The notes beneath the pieces were generated by a model. The model was given only the letters and a program-made list of their open reading frames with translations, was not told where the DNA came from and did no database searches. Source: an uncultured Acidobacteriota bacterium (lineage in GTDB: Bacteria; Acidobacteriota; Thermoanaerobaculia; UBA5066; Gp7-AA6). Taken from it: DNA of 64,000 nt. Numbering within the stretch: position 1 is the first letter of the stretch; each line of letters begins with the position of its first letter. Positions 26,209 to 36,297 of this stretch are shown piece after piece. The translations under genes were made by a program, and so were the position numbers. The stretch spans positions 1-64,000 of the forward strand of contig CAVXTP010000017.1 of the NCBI GenBank assembly GCA_963764715.1. The letters run 5' to 3'.

Positions 26209-27455
26209 AATTCTCCGGCGCCTTCCGCGAGCGCCTGCGCAACTCGTGGGTCGAGATGCGCGAGAACTTCACGCGCTCGCTCCTCCAGTCGCTCGGCGTC
26301 ATCCTCGGCGTCGCCGCCGTGCTCGGGGGCTTCTCCATCTCCGACAGCATGCGCCGGCGCTCGATGGAGCTCTACGTGCGGATGGGCGGCCTCGACAAGC
26401 TGAACGTCCGCCAGTCGGCCGTCGTCAAGGAAGGCGCGCCGACCGCCCTGCAGATGGCCAACCTCGGGCTTCGCAGCGCCGACGCGGAAGAGGGCCAGGA
26501 CCTCGATACCTCGACCGTCGACGGGATCTCGCTCCGTAAGGACGCCCGGGCGCGCGTGCGCTCCCCGTACGCCGACCAGGAGCGCGAGATCCGCGGCATC
26601 GGCGGCGATTTCCTGGCTCTCGACGGCTACGAGATCGACCAGGGGCGCGCGTTCTCCGTCCACGACCTCGACACGGCGGCGCCGATCGCGATCCTCGGCA
26701 CGGAGGCCGTGGCGATCTTCTTCCCCAACGGCGACGCCGTGGGGCGAACGCTGCGCGTCGGGGACACCCCGGTGCAGGTCGTGGGCGTGCTGAAGGAGCG
26801 GGTCTTCCGCTTCCGCAAGTCCAACCGCAACATGTTCCGCTGGCGGAATCGGATCATCGCCCTGCCCAACACGCTCGTGGCGCGCCGCTTCGAAGGCGAC
26901 CAGTACCACCGCGTGGACCGCGTCACGTTTCGCATCCGCGACCTCGACGCGATGGCCAGGTTCACCAAGGGGCTGTCCTCGCTGTTGAAGTCGAACCACC
27001 GCCAGCAGGAGGACTTCCGCCTCGACGACGTCGCGGCCCGCGTGAAGAAGGAGCAGTCGCAGGGAAACGTCTACGACGTCATCTTCCTGCTGTCGGGATT
27101 CCTGTCGCTCATCGGCGGCGGCATCGTCAACGTCAACATCCAGATGGCGACGCTGAAGGAGCGCATCCGCGAGGTCGGCGTCAAGATGGCGATCGGCGCG
27201 CCGGGCCGCGAGATCTTCAAGGAATTCATGACCGAGGCGCTGCTCCTGACGGCGGCCGGCTCGCTCGCCGGCCTCGTGATCGGCATCGGTTTCTCGAAGA
27301 TCATCACCGCCTCGATCGGGGTGCCGCTCCACATCGACCCGAAGAGCTTCGTGTCGGCCTACGCGCTCGCGGCGGTCTTCGGCTTCCTCTTCGCGCTCTA
27401 CCCGGCGTGGAAGGCGTCGCGCCTCTCGCCGATGGAGGCGCTGCGGTATGAGTAG
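26205..27455 (+). CDS. MacB/FtsX-type ABC permease
   Basis: GTG overlaps the upstream stop; ERIREVGVKMAIGA, YPAWKASRLSPMEALRYE. Confidence 0.92.
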   Translation: MKFSGAFRERLRNSWVEMRENFTRSLLQSLGVILGVAAVLGGFSISDSMRRRSMELYVRMGGLDKLNVRQSAVVKEGAPTALQMANLGLRSADAEEGQDLDTSTVDGISLRKDARARVRSPYADQEREIRGIGGDFLALDGYEIDQGRAFSVHDLDTAAPIAILGTEAVAIFFPNGDAVGRTLRVGDTPVQVVGVLKERVFRFRKSNRNMFRWRNRIIALPNTLVARRFEGDQYHRVDRVTFRIRDLDAMARFTKGLSSLLKSNHRQQEDFRLDDVAARVKKEQSQGNVYDVIFLLSGFLSLIGGGIVNVNIQMATLKERIREVGVKMAIGAPGREIFKEFMTEALLLTAAGSLAGLVIGIGFSKIITASIGVPLHIDPKSFVSAYALAAVFGFLFALYPAWKASRLSPMEALRYE

Positions 27456-28743
27456 CCGCGCCGTTCCGCTCCCGGTCGCGGCCGGGCCGGCGCCTCCGCG
27501 GCGCCTGTCGCTCGCCGCCAAGCTCTCGCTGGGCTGGGAGATCATCAAGGGCGGCCTGGTCGAGCTCTGGGCGCACAAGCTGCGCTCGACGCTGACCCTG
27601 ACTCTGCTGATGCTCGGCGTCTTCGCGCTCGTCGTCATGACGTCGGTCATGGACGGCGTGATGGACAAGATCGCGACCGGCTTCTCCGGCATGAGCTGGG
27701 ACGGGACGGTCATGCTCGCTCCCGACTCTCCGGCCACGACCGAGGAGCAGAAGCGGTTCGCGATGAGCCCGGGGTTGCGCTGGGAGGACCTGCCGCGCCT
27801 GACCGCGCCGGATCCGAAGGTCCTGGCGTACCTGCCGCGGGCGACCAGGCAGTCGGCGGTCAAGGTCGCGGGCGGCACCGAGCGCTGCTGGGTCAACGGC
27901 GTCTGGCCGGACTATGCGCGCTGGATGAACCGGCCGATCGCGATGGGGCGCGGCCTGACGGACGACGACGAGCGCCGCCGCTCCACGGTCGCGGTCGTCG
28001 GCGCCACGCTCGGCTCGAAGCTCTTCGGCGGCGCGGACCCCGTCGGGCGCGACATCACCGTCGAGGGCGTTCGCTTCCGCATCGTCGGCGTCCAGGCGCC
28101 CAGCCAGATCTTCACCGAGGAGCTCTGGTACGACTCGAACGGCATCTCGATCCCGCTCCAGACCTACGTGGACCGGATCGACTCCGAGCACAAGCTCTCG
28201 AACATCGCGGTCAAGCTCGCCCGCAAGCGCGACACCGCCGAGGTCTCGGCGCTGATGATCGGCCGCGCCAAGCAGGCGCACCACGGGATCGAGGACGTCA
28301 AGATCGTGGACCTCGAGGCCGAGGCCGCGCGCGCCTGGGATCACTTCCTGGACCAGATCTTCGGCTGGAAGGTGGTGCTCATGAGCCTGGCGGCGACGGT
28401 GCTCCTCGTCGGAGGCGTCGGGGTCCTCTCGGTGATGCTCATCTCCTTCTCCGACCGCCGCTACGAGATCGGCCTGCGCAAGGCCATGGGCGCCTCCGAC
28501 TTCGAGATCCTCGTGCAGTTCCTGCTCGAGGCGTGCGTGCTCGCGGCCGTCGGCGCGACGTTCGGCACGTTCCTCGGCACGGTCGTCTGCAAGGCCCTGT
28601 CGGCGAATTTCCCCTACGGCCTCGTCGTCAACCCGATGGGGCTCATCGTCGCCTGGGTCACCGCGCTCGTCCTCGCCGTCACCTTCGGCCTCTACCCCGC
28701 GGTTCGCGCCTCGCGCCTGTCGCCGATGGAGGCGATGCGGTAA
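27448..28743 (+). CDS. MacB/FtsX-type ABC permease
   Basis: HKLRSTLTL, DRRYEIGLRKAMGA, YPAVRASRLSPMEAMR. Confidence 0.92.
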   Translation: MSSRAVPLPVAAGPAPPRRLSLAAKLSLGWEIIKGGLVELWAHKLRSTLTLTLLMLGVFALVVMTSVMDGVMDKIATGFSGMSWDGTVMLAPDSPATTEEQKRFAMSPGLRWEDLPRLTAPDPKVLAYLPRATRQSAVKVAGGTERCWVNGVWPDYARWMNRPIAMGRGLTDDDERRRSTVAVVGATLGSKLFGGADPVGRDITVEGVRFRIVGVQAPSQIFTEELWYDSNGISIPLQTYVDRIDSEHKLSNIAVKLARKRDTAEVSALMIGRAKQAHHGIEDVKIVDLEAEAARAWDHFLDQIFGWKVVLMSLAATVLLVGGVGVLSVMLISFSDRRYEIGLRKAMGASDFEILVQFLLEACVLAAVGATFGTFLGTVVCKALSANFPYGLVVNPMGLIVAWVTALVLAVTFGLYPAVRASRLSPMEAMR

Positions 28744-28753
28744 GAGGATAAGA

Positions 28754-28896
28754 GGGGTCAGGTCTTCATTTTTCTGCCGTCGCGGACTGTTATCGAGAGC
28801 CGAAAAATGAAGACCTGACCCCGGGCCTACTTCATTTTTCTGCCGTCGCGGACTGTTATCGAGAGCCGAAAAATGAAGACCTGACCCCGGGCCTAC
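28754..28896. repeat. TIR mini-element with a 66-bp tandem duplication
   Basis: Full copy 28754-28822; second copy lacks the outer part of the left TIR; the flank gggcctac is repeated. Confidence 0.9.
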
Positions 28897-28913
28897 GGCC
28901 GCCCTCTCTCGAT

Positions 28914-31628
28914 CTAAGACGCGGCGGGTTTTTCTTCGAGCCCCAGTCCGCCAAAGAGAGGCTGGCCCGCCAGCGCCGTTCGGGTCGCCCAGAAGGCCAT
29001 CGCGAGAACGCCGAGGACGGGGATCATTCCGGCGTAGAAGGCCCAGTTCGACGGGTCGCTGGTGTAGATCCCGTAGCCCAGGAAGAACCGGCAGGATTCC
29101 GACGCGATCGCGGCGAGGACGCCGAACCGCACGGTCACCGCGACGAGGATCCCCACGGAGATCGCGGCGAGTGGCAGCGTGACCCAGGGCGACAGAGTTC
29201 CCAGATAGTTGCCCGTGTAGACGAGCGTCACGATGAGCCCGGCCAACCAGCCCCGGCGAACGATCCAGCGCGCCAGAACCAGCAGAAGGACGATTCCGAG
29301 GACCCAGAACGTCGCGTAGACCCCGTACGCGAGCAGCCACCCCAGCGCGCTTCTCAAGGTCACCGGCGCGGCGAAAGGATGCGGCGGGGGGCCGGGAATG
29401 CCGAGCCGGAGCGGAAGCAGCACGCGCAGGGGGCCCATGATCAGGCCCGACGCCGTTCCGACCAGCGCTCCGATCAACAGGTCCCGGGCCACGAGCGGAT
29501 CGCGCGTGCGCCCGGAGAGGGCCCGCGTCCAGGAGATCAGCATCTGCGGCCAGCGGCGCCGCGCGAAGGGCTCGAGCGCCAGGTAGACGAGCCAGAATCC
29601 GAGGCCCATTCCCGCGGCGTTGGTGAAACCGGCGATCAACAACCAGCCCTCGTCGGCCGTCGCGACGTGATGTCCGCCGAGGGCCCAGACCGCGATCTGA
29701 AGGACGAAGACCGCCACGCCGAGGCGAGCCGCACCGCGCCGGTCGCCTCGGCCGGCGCGCAGGTTGTGTCGGGCGAGAACGGCGCCTCCGATCAGGCACA
29801 CGAGGAGAAGGGACAGGAACACCAGATCGCCGACGCCCGAAGGCGGCGACGTGGAGTCCTGCAGGGGCTTCGTCCACGGACCGATCCACTCGAAGCCCAC
29901 GGGCCGGCCGAGATAGGACGCGGCCTCGACGCGCATCGTCACGCCCGGACGCTCCGGGTGCGGCCCTTCCCAGGCCGCGCGGGTTGTCGCGAAAGCGCGC
30001 GGCGACCAGCGCGGCTCGACCGGCGCAAACCGACTCATCTCGAGGCCGGCTTGCCGGAACAACGCGGCCCAGTCCGTTTCCGCGGGCGCGGCGTCGGGGG
30101 CGCCCACCTGCGGCGGCACGATCGAAAGCCGAATCAATCTCCCGCGGGGATCGGTCCAGACCTCGGCCATTCCCGGCTCGACGGGCGCCGGGTTGAGTGA
30201 ATCCACCAGCGGAGTCGGAAACGGTCCCGTGTTCGGATACGGAACCAGCGGCGAGGGACTCTGGCGATAGTCGAACGCGACGGCGTCCCGCGACAGATCG
30301 CCGCCGAAGCCCCCGTGGCTGGCGGCCCAGGACAGAAACGCCGCGTCCGTGCGAAACCAGCACGCCCAGTCGTCGGGCTTTGCGAGCCCCGCGCTCTGGA
30401 GGATCTCCCGGGCGCGCTCGCGAAGGACCTCCGGCGACTTCTCGACGGCGGCGAATGCGCCGATCTTCGCGCGCGGCGTGAAGAGGACCGACAGCGCGAC
30501 CGCGGCGGCGAGGCCCAGGAGGAGCCGGCGAACCACGGACGGCGGGACGCCGCCCTGCTCTCCCGCCGCGGCGACCATCTCGGGCGAGGGCGTCTCGCCC
30601 GCGGCGAGGGCGGCGGCGAGCGGATCGCCTCCCGGGAGCGCCGCGGCAACCTTCGCCGCCGAAGCCGGACGCGCCGCGGGGTCCTTCTCCAGGCAGCGCA
30701 GGATCACCCGCTCGACGGCCGGATCGAATCCTGGCGCGATCACCGAGGGCGACGTGGGCGGATCCTCCCGGTGCTTCCTCGTCAACTCCTGGAGCGTCGC
30801 GCCGTCGAACGCCTTGCGTCCGGTGTAGAGCTCGTACATCACGAGGCCGAGAGCGTAGAGATCGCTTCGCACCGATGCGCCTTTACCGGCGAGCTGCTCC
30901 GGCGCCATGTAGGCCGGCGTGCCGGAGATCTCCCCTTCGGTCACCTCGCCGGCCGCGACGGCGAGACCGAAGTCCGTGATGCGCGCGCGACCGCGGCCGT
31001 CGACCATCACGTTGGCGGGCTTGAGGTCCCGGTGCAGCACGCCCTTGTCGTGCGCCGCGGCGAGCCCGGCGCAGAGCTCCCGCGCGATGTCGAGCGCCTT
31101 GTCCGCGGGCAGGCGCCCGATGCGCTTGAGGAGCGACGCGAGGTCCTCGCCGTCGACGTACTCCATCGAGAGATATTGCTGGCCGTCGATCTCGCCGACG
31201 TCGTAGACGCGGCAGACGTTTGGGTGCGACACCTGGCGCGCGATGCGCACCTCGGCGTAGAAGCGCTCGAGCCTCTGCGGCTCCGAGGCGAAGTGGCGCG
31301 GGAGGAACTTCAGGGCGACGGGCTGGCCGAGCTTCAGGTCGTCGGCGCGGTAGACCTCGCCCATCCCGCCGCGGCCGAGGAGCCCGATGACCCGGTAGCG
31401 CTCCGCGAGAATCGCGCCGGGAGTGAAGCCGCCGGAGTCGATCGAGTCCGTCGGCGCGAGCCGTCCCACCTTCGACGATGACGGGCCGCGGCGCCGCGCC
31501 GCTTCGGCCACCGAGGGGGATGCCATGTTCGTCGGCATCTGGGAGACCGGGGAGATCCCCTCCCCGCAGGACGGGCAGAATCGCGCCGAGGCCGGAACCT
31601 CGGCCGAGCACTTCGAGCAGGGAGCCAA
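28914..31628 (-). CDS. Membrane Hanks-type Ser/Thr kinase (zinc ribbon, kinase, extracytoplasmic domain, multi-TM C-terminus)
   Basis: CSKC..FCPSC, GRGGMGEV, VALK, HRDLKPAN, DFG, GTPAYMAPE. Confidence 0.95.
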   Translation of the reverse strand: MAPCSKCSAEVPASARFCPSCGEGISPVSQMPTNMASPSVAEAARRRGPSSSKVGRLAPTDSIDSGGFTPGAILAERYRVIGLLGRGGMGEVYRADDLKLGQPVALKFLPRHFASEPQRLERFYAEVRIARQVSHPNVCRVYDVGEIDGQQYLSMEYVDGEDLASLLKRIGRLPADKALDIARELCAGLAAAHDKGVLHRDLKPANVMVDGRGRARITDFGLAVAAGEVTEGEISGTPAYMAPEQLAGKGASVRSDLYALGLVMYELYTGRKAFDGATLQELTRKHREDPPTSPSVIAPGFDPAVERVILRCLEKDPAARPASAAKVAAALPGGDPLAAALAAGETPSPEMVAAAGEQGGVPPSVVRRLLLGLAAAVALSVLFTPRAKIGAFAAVEKSPEVLRERAREILQSAGLAKPDDWACWFRTDAAFLSWAASHGGFGGDLSRDAVAFDYRQSPSPLVPYPNTGPFPTPLVDSLNPAPVEPGMAEVWTDPRGRLIRLSIVPPQVGAPDAAPAETDWAALFRQAGLEMSRFAPVEPRWSPRAFATTRAAWEGPHPERPGVTMRVEAASYLGRPVGFEWIGPWTKPLQDSTSPPSGVGDLVFLSLLLVCLIGGAVLARHNLRAGRGDRRGAARLGVAVFVLQIAVWALGGHHVATADEGWLLIAGFTNAAGMGLGFWLVYLALEPFARRRWPQMLISWTRALSGRTRDPLVARDLLIGALVGTASGLIMGPLRVLLPLRLGIPGPPPHPFAAPVTLRSALGWLLAYGVYATFWVLGIVLLLVLARWIVRRGWLAGLIVTLVYTGNYLGTLSPWVTLPLAAISVGILVAVTVRFGVLAAIASESCRFFLGYGIYTSDPSNWAFYAGMIPVLGVLAMAFWATRTALAGQPLFGGLGLEEKPAAS

Positions 31629-31661
31629 GGTGGAGAGATTGTAACGGTCTCGGGCCAGCCC

Positions 31662-34382
31662 TCAGCCCTCGTCGAGCCCCGCCGCGCCGAAGGCGGCCTT
31701 TCCGCCGAGCGACAGGTGGAAGGCGTACGCGGCGAGCGCAACGAGGACGCCGACGAAGAAGAGGCCCCGCCCCGCGTACCAGCGGGAGAAATCGAGCGTG
31801 AGCGGCGCCTGAATCAGGACGAGGTTCGCGAGGTACGAGAAGCAGAGCGCGAGGATCCCGAAGCGCGCCGCGACGAAGATCGTCAGGGCGGCGATGAGGA
31901 TGCCGGTCGGCAGCTCGACGGCGTAGTTTTCACCCGAGAGCGAGAGCGCCACGAGAAGCAGACTCCCGAATGCCGCGGCGAGCCACTTGCGCCGCAGGAG
32001 CACCTGCGCCAGCACGAGCACCGTCATGATGGCCAATCCGCGTTGCGTGGCGTCCTTGAAGAGCTCGGCGAAGTGGCCGGCCGTCACCGGAAGGCTCAGC
32101 ATGAACCGGCTCAAGGGCGGCGCCGGCGTCATGCCGGGCAGGTTGATCCAGTTGGGCAGCGCGTTCGAGGCCGAGAACGCCAGCGAGATCCCGGCGCCCA
32201 CCAGGAGCCCGACGAGGACGTCGCGCCCGACGAGCGGGTCCCGGAACCGGCCGGCGAGCACCCGGCTCCAGGAAAAGAGCAGGTCCGGCCAGCGGCGCCG
32301 CACGATGGGCTCGATCGCGACGTAGACCACCCACGCGAACGCGGCGTCGAAGAGTCCGTTGGCGATCGCGTTGAAGAGGAGCCCGGACTCTTCGCCGGGC
32401 GCCGAAACGTGGTGCGCCTGGAAGAGCCACGAGAGAAGGTAGAGCGCGAACATGAAGGCCGCCACGCGAAACGCCCCGCGGCGGTCGCCCCGGCCCATGC
32501 GCAGGTTCCGGCGGGCGACGAGAGCGCCGGCGACCATGATGGAGAGGATCACGAAGAGGATCGCGGCGTCTCGCGCGATGATCCCGGCCGCGCGCGGCGC
32601 CGCCTGCATCCGCTCGGGACGGCTCCATGGACCGATGATCTCGAAGGAGACGGGCCGGCCCCGCCGGGCGGCGGCGCTCACGTGGATCGGGACGTTCGGT
32701 GTCGATGCGTAGGCGCCGTCCCAGTCCTCGCGCGCGTCGAAGGGCTCGCTCGGCAGCCAGCGCGGCATCGATGCCGTGAAGCGCGCCGGATCGAGGCCGG
32801 CGGCCGCGAAAAGCGGCTTCCAGTCGGGCGCCGGAGCCGATCCCGGGGGCTCGACCTGGGGCGGCGCCGCGCGAAAGCGGACGAGATTTCCGCGGGCGTC
32901 GAGCTCGACCAGGACCGTGCCCGAGACCTCGAAGGCGGGATCGTTCGAGCCGACCCGGGCTTCGACCGCGAGCGGAACGAGGTCGCGCGGACTCTGCCGG
33001 TACGAGAACCACCACGGATGCGGCTGCGCCGAGGCGAGCTCGCGCAGGTTCCGCGTCGATGGAATGCTCGCGGCGCGGTAGGTCAGGTACCCGTACTGCC
33101 GCACCCACCAGGTCGCGCTGTCGGCCGGAGGCGTCGTGTAGCCGAGCGACTGCACGACCTCGCGGGCGCGGTCTTCGAGGGCGTCCGGGCTCTTCGGAAA
33201 AGGCGCCACGCCCTGGTCGGTCGCGTATCGCGCCAGAATCACGACCCCGGCGACGAGCGCCAGCGTCGCGCCGAGAAGCGTCCAGGCCTTCGCCGGCGCG
33301 AGCGCGCCCTGCTCGCCTGCGGCGGCGATCATCTCGGGGGAGGGCGTCTCGCCCGCGGCGAGCGCGGCCGCGAGGGGATCGCCCCCCGGAAGCGCCGCCG
33401 CGATCTGGGCAGCCGACGCGGGGCGGGCGGCCGGGTCCTTCTCCAGGCAGCGCAGGATCACGCGCTCGACGACGGGGTCGAAGCCCGGCGAAACCGTCGA
33501 CGGCGACGCCGGCGATTCCTCCGCGTGCTTGCGCTTCAACTCCTGGAAGGTCGCGCCCTCGAAGGCCTTTCTCCCGGTGTAGAGCTCGTAGAGAACGAGG
33601 CCGAGCGAGTAGACGTCGCTCCGGACCGACGCGCCCTTGCCCGCGAGCTGCTCCGGCGCCATGTACGCGGGTGTGCCGGAGACCTCGCCCTCCGTGACCT
33701 CGCCCGCCGCGACCGCCAGGCCGAAGTCCGTGATCCGCGCGCGCCCGCGCCCGTCGACCATGACGTTGGCGGGCTTCAGGTCCCGGTGCAGCACGCCCTT
33801 GTCGTGCGCCGCGGCGAGCCCGGCGCAGAGCTCGCGGGCGATGTCGAGAGCCTTGTCCGGGGGAAGGCGCCCGATGCGCTTGAGGAGCGACGCGAGGTCC
33901 TCGCCGTCGACGTACTCCATCGAAAGGTACTGCTGCCCTTCGATCTCGCCGACGTCGTAGACGCGGCAGACGTTCGGGTGCGACACCTGGCGCGCGATGC
34001 GGACCTCCGCGTAGAAGCGCTCGAGCCGCTCGGGGTCCGAGGCGAGGTGGCGCGGGAGGAACTTGAGCGCGACCGGCTGGCCGAGCTTCAGGTCGTCGGC
34101 GCGGTAGACCTCGCCCATCCCGCCGCGGCCGAGCAGCCCGATGACACGGTAGCGCTCGGCGAGGATCGCTCCCGGCGTGAAGCCGCCCGAGTCGATCGTC
34201 TCCGTCGCCGCGAGGCGGCCGACCTTCGACGAGGACGGGCTGCGCCGGCGCGCCGCTTCGGCGACCGAGGGTGACGCCAGGTTCGTCGGCATCTGCGAGA
34301 CGGAGGAAATCCCCTCGCCGCAGGACGGACAGAACCGCGCCGAGGCCGGAACCTCGGCGGAGCACTTGGGACACAGGATCAA
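31662..34382 (-). CDS. Membrane Hanks-type Ser/Thr kinase, tandem paralogue
   Basis: Same motifs; first ~360 aa nearly identical to the neighbour. Confidence 0.95.
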   Translation of the reverse strand: MILCPKCSAEVPASARFCPSCGEGISSVSQMPTNLASPSVAEAARRRSPSSSKVGRLAATETIDSGGFTPGAILAERYRVIGLLGRGGMGEVYRADDLKLGQPVALKFLPRHLASDPERLERFYAEVRIARQVSHPNVCRVYDVGEIEGQQYLSMEYVDGEDLASLLKRIGRLPPDKALDIARELCAGLAAAHDKGVLHRDLKPANVMVDGRGRARITDFGLAVAAGEVTEGEVSGTPAYMAPEQLAGKGASVRSDVYSLGLVLYELYTGRKAFEGATFQELKRKHAEESPASPSTVSPGFDPVVERVILRCLEKDPAARPASAAQIAAALPGGDPLAAALAAGETPSPEMIAAAGEQGALAPAKAWTLLGATLALVAGVVILARYATDQGVAPFPKSPDALEDRAREVVQSLGYTTPPADSATWWVRQYGYLTYRAASIPSTRNLRELASAQPHPWWFSYRQSPRDLVPLAVEARVGSNDPAFEVSGTVLVELDARGNLVRFRAAPPQVEPPGSAPAPDWKPLFAAAGLDPARFTASMPRWLPSEPFDAREDWDGAYASTPNVPIHVSAAARRGRPVSFEIIGPWSRPERMQAAPRAAGIIARDAAILFVILSIMVAGALVARRNLRMGRGDRRGAFRVAAFMFALYLLSWLFQAHHVSAPGEESGLLFNAIANGLFDAAFAWVVYVAIEPIVRRRWPDLLFSWSRVLAGRFRDPLVGRDVLVGLLVGAGISLAFSASNALPNWINLPGMTPAPPLSRFMLSLPVTAGHFAELFKDATQRGLAIMTVLVLAQVLLRRKWLAAAFGSLLLVALSLSGENYAVELPTGILIAALTIFVAARFGILALCFSYLANLVLIQAPLTLDFSRWYAGRGLFFVGVLVALAAYAFHLSLGGKAAFGAAGLDEG

Positions 34383-34399
34383 GGTGGGAGAATTCTAGT

Positions 34400-34468
34400 G
34401 GGGTCAGGTCTTCATTTTTCAGCCGTTGCGAACTATCCGCCCGAGCCGAAAAATGAAGACCTGACCCC
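34400..34468. repeat. TIR mini-element (69 bp)
   Basis: Perfect 21-bp TIRs around a 27-bp core. Confidence 0.9.
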
Positions 34469-34481
34469 CCGGGGGAGTCAA

Positions 34482-35021
34482 CTACCGCTTGGTCGATTTT
34501 CCTTCGGCCGCCGTCGTCCAGGTCTTGCCGTCCTCGGAGGTCTCCCACTTGAAGGTCTGCGTCGTCGGGGACGTCACGACGACGGTGTACTTCGAATGAA
34601 TGATCTTGCCGCCCATCTTGTCCTGGCCGCTCCAGTTCCAGGTGTTCCCGGCGTTGGTGCCCGTCGCCGAGCCCATCATGCCCATGCTGTCGAAGCCCAT
34701 GTACTTGTAGACGTTCTCCTCGGGGCTCCAGCCGAGGATCGCCTCGCTCTTCATCTTGCCCATCGCGCCCGCGCCGCTCTCGCGGCAGACGAGCTGGAAG
34801 CCGCCGTCAAACCAGGCGCAGTCCTGCTCGTTCGTCATCTTGCCGCCCGGTCCCCAGGGGCCGGGCTTCATCTCCGCCTCGCCCTTCCACTTTCCGGCGA
34901 AGACCTCGAGCTTCTTGGTCTCCGGGCCGGGCTTGGGCGGCCCCGCGGGCTGCTGGGCCGAGGCGATTCCCGCCGAAACGATCACCGCCACGCTGAGAGC
35001 ACCGATCGCTGATTTCCGCAT
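34482..35021 (-). CDS. Secreted DUF1579-like beta-barrel protein
   Basis: AGGAGGAG RBS, signal peptide, PKPGPETKKLEVFAGKWKG, GFDSMG. Confidence 0.8.
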   Translation of the reverse strand: MRKSAIGALSVAVIVSAGIASAQQPAGPPKPGPETKKLEVFAGKWKGEAEMKPGPWGPGGKMTNEQDCAWFDGGFQLVCRESGAGAMGKMKSEAILGWSPEENVYKYMGFDSMGMMGSATGTNAGNTWNWSGQDKMGGKIIHSKYTVVVTSPTTQTFKWETSEDGKTWTTAAEGKSTKR

Positions 35022-35053
35022 CGCTCCTCCTTTTCGAATGTCCGTCGAAAACC

Positions 35054-35074
35054 GAAAAATGAAGACCTGACCCC
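35054..35074. repeat. Single TIR (half element)
   Basis: gaaaaatgaagacctgacccc abutting a stop codon. Confidence 0.8.
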
Positions 35075-35605
35075 CTACTTTTTCGTGACGCGGCCTTCCA
35101 TGACGGGCGTCCAGGTCTTCCCGTCCCGGGAGGTCTCGGCCTTGAAGTCGTAGCTCGTCGCCGTGCCCTCGGTGATGGTGTAGCGCGTCTGGAAGGACGA
35201 GTCGCCGAGCGTGTGCTCGCCGGTGTAGGTCCAGACCTTTCCGGCGACCCGGCCCGCCGCGCTCTCGTTCTCCCCCAGGCTGTTGAAGCCGTTCCAGGTG
35301 TAGACCTTCTCCGCGGCGTCGTAGCCCAGGACGCCGAGGCCGTGCATCGCTCCCATCGGTCCCGAGCCCTCCGAGCGGCAGACGACGAAGAACCCGCCCG
35401 GCATCTTCTGGCAGTCGTCCTCGCCCGACATCGCCCCGCCGGCTCCCCAGGGCCCGGCCTTCATGGTGCCGGTCGACTGCCACCGGCCGACGAAGTAGTC
35501 CAGCCGCGCGAGCTCCGGCCCGGCCTTCGCCGGATCCGGCAGCGCCAGCGCGGCGGCGGCGGCTGCCGAGAGGACAGTCACGAGGACGATCCGGGCGGAG
35601 CGCAT
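35075..35605 (-). CDS. Secreted DUF1579-like protein, tandem paralogue
   Basis: Signal peptide, GPELARLDYFVGRW, GFNSLG, ETSRDGKTWT. Confidence 0.8.
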   Translation of the reverse strand: MRSARIVLVTVLSAAAAAALALPDPAKAGPELARLDYFVGRWQSTGTMKAGPWGAGGAMSGEDDCQKMPGGFFVVCRSEGSGPMGAMHGLGVLGYDAAEKVYTWNGFNSLGENESAAGRVAGKVWTYTGEHTLGDSSFQTRYTITEGTATSYDFKAETSRDGKTWTPVMEGRVTKK

Positions 35606-35673
35606 CGGCGTTTTTTCCCCCTCCTGAAATTCTATTCAACGCGGCCGCCGGTTTCTTTGGATATCCTGCGCAG

Positions 35674-36210
35674 ATGAACAAGCTTTCGACACGGCTCATC
35701 GCCGCCGCCGCCCCCCTGATCGCCGCCGCCGTCCTTCTCGCGGCCGACGGAACCGCCGGAGGCGTCCGGTGGACCGTCCCCTCGACCTGGTCCGCCGCCA
35801 AGGAACGGCCGATGCGGGTGGCGACGTACGCCATCCCCGCCGCGGCCTCCCAGGAGGCGGGCGAGTGCGGGGTCTTCTTCTTCGGACAGGGCCAGGGAGG
35901 CTCCGTCGACGAGAACCTTTCGCGCTGGGTGGGCCAGTTCGAGTCCCCCTCGACCCCGAAGAAGGGCGAGCGGACCGTCAACGGCCTCAAGGTCCACACG
36001 ATCGACGTCTCCGGGACCTATCTCGCCCCCGGCGGGCCCATGATGCAGTCGCAGGGCAAGAAGGCCGGCTGGCGCCTCCTCGGCGCGATCGTCGAAGCGC
36101 CCGAGGGGATGGTCTTCTTCAAGTGCACGGGCCCCTCCGCGACGATCGTGAAGGCGGAGAAGGATTTCGAGGCGCTGCTGAAGTCGATCACGAAGGCGGC
36201 GAAGGCGTAA
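35674..36210 (+). CDS. Conserved exported hypothetical protein
   Basis: Signal peptide; MRVATY, FFGQGQGGSVDENLSRWVGQF, FFKCTGP. Confidence 0.82.
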   Translation: MNKLSTRLIAAAAPLIAAAVLLAADGTAGGVRWTVPSTWSAAKERPMRVATYAIPAAASQEAGECGVFFFGQGQGGSVDENLSRWVGQFESPSTPKKGERTVNGLKVHTIDVSGTYLAPGGPMMQSQGKKAGWRLLGAIVEAPEGMVFFKCTGPSATIVKAEKDFEALLKSITKAAKA

Positions 36211-36217
36211 GGGCGAA

Positions 36218-36274
36218 GGGCGGCCACAAGGGCCGCCCCTACTCCGGTCGTAGGGGCGGGGCTTGTCCCCGCCC
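36218..36274. repeat. REP doublet
   Basis: gggcggccacaagggccgcccctac-tccggtc-gtaggggcggggcttgtccccgccc. Confidence 0.88.
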
Positions 36275-36297
36275 TTCTCGGTCGGACGGCCAAAAGT

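Noticed and set aside
24045-27455. 1136-aa ORF as a fused giant permease
   Set aside because: Only 26205-27455 is permease-like; the upstream part is an Arg/Pro-rich alternative frame over the adaptor and ATPase genes.
34392-34420. TIR element supplying a -35 box to adjacent promoters (TAGAAT and TAGACT lie 2 nt from TIR ends at 34400 and 39280)
   Set aside because: At 17-bp spacing the TIR gives GAAAAA, not a -35 hexamer, and two cases are too few.
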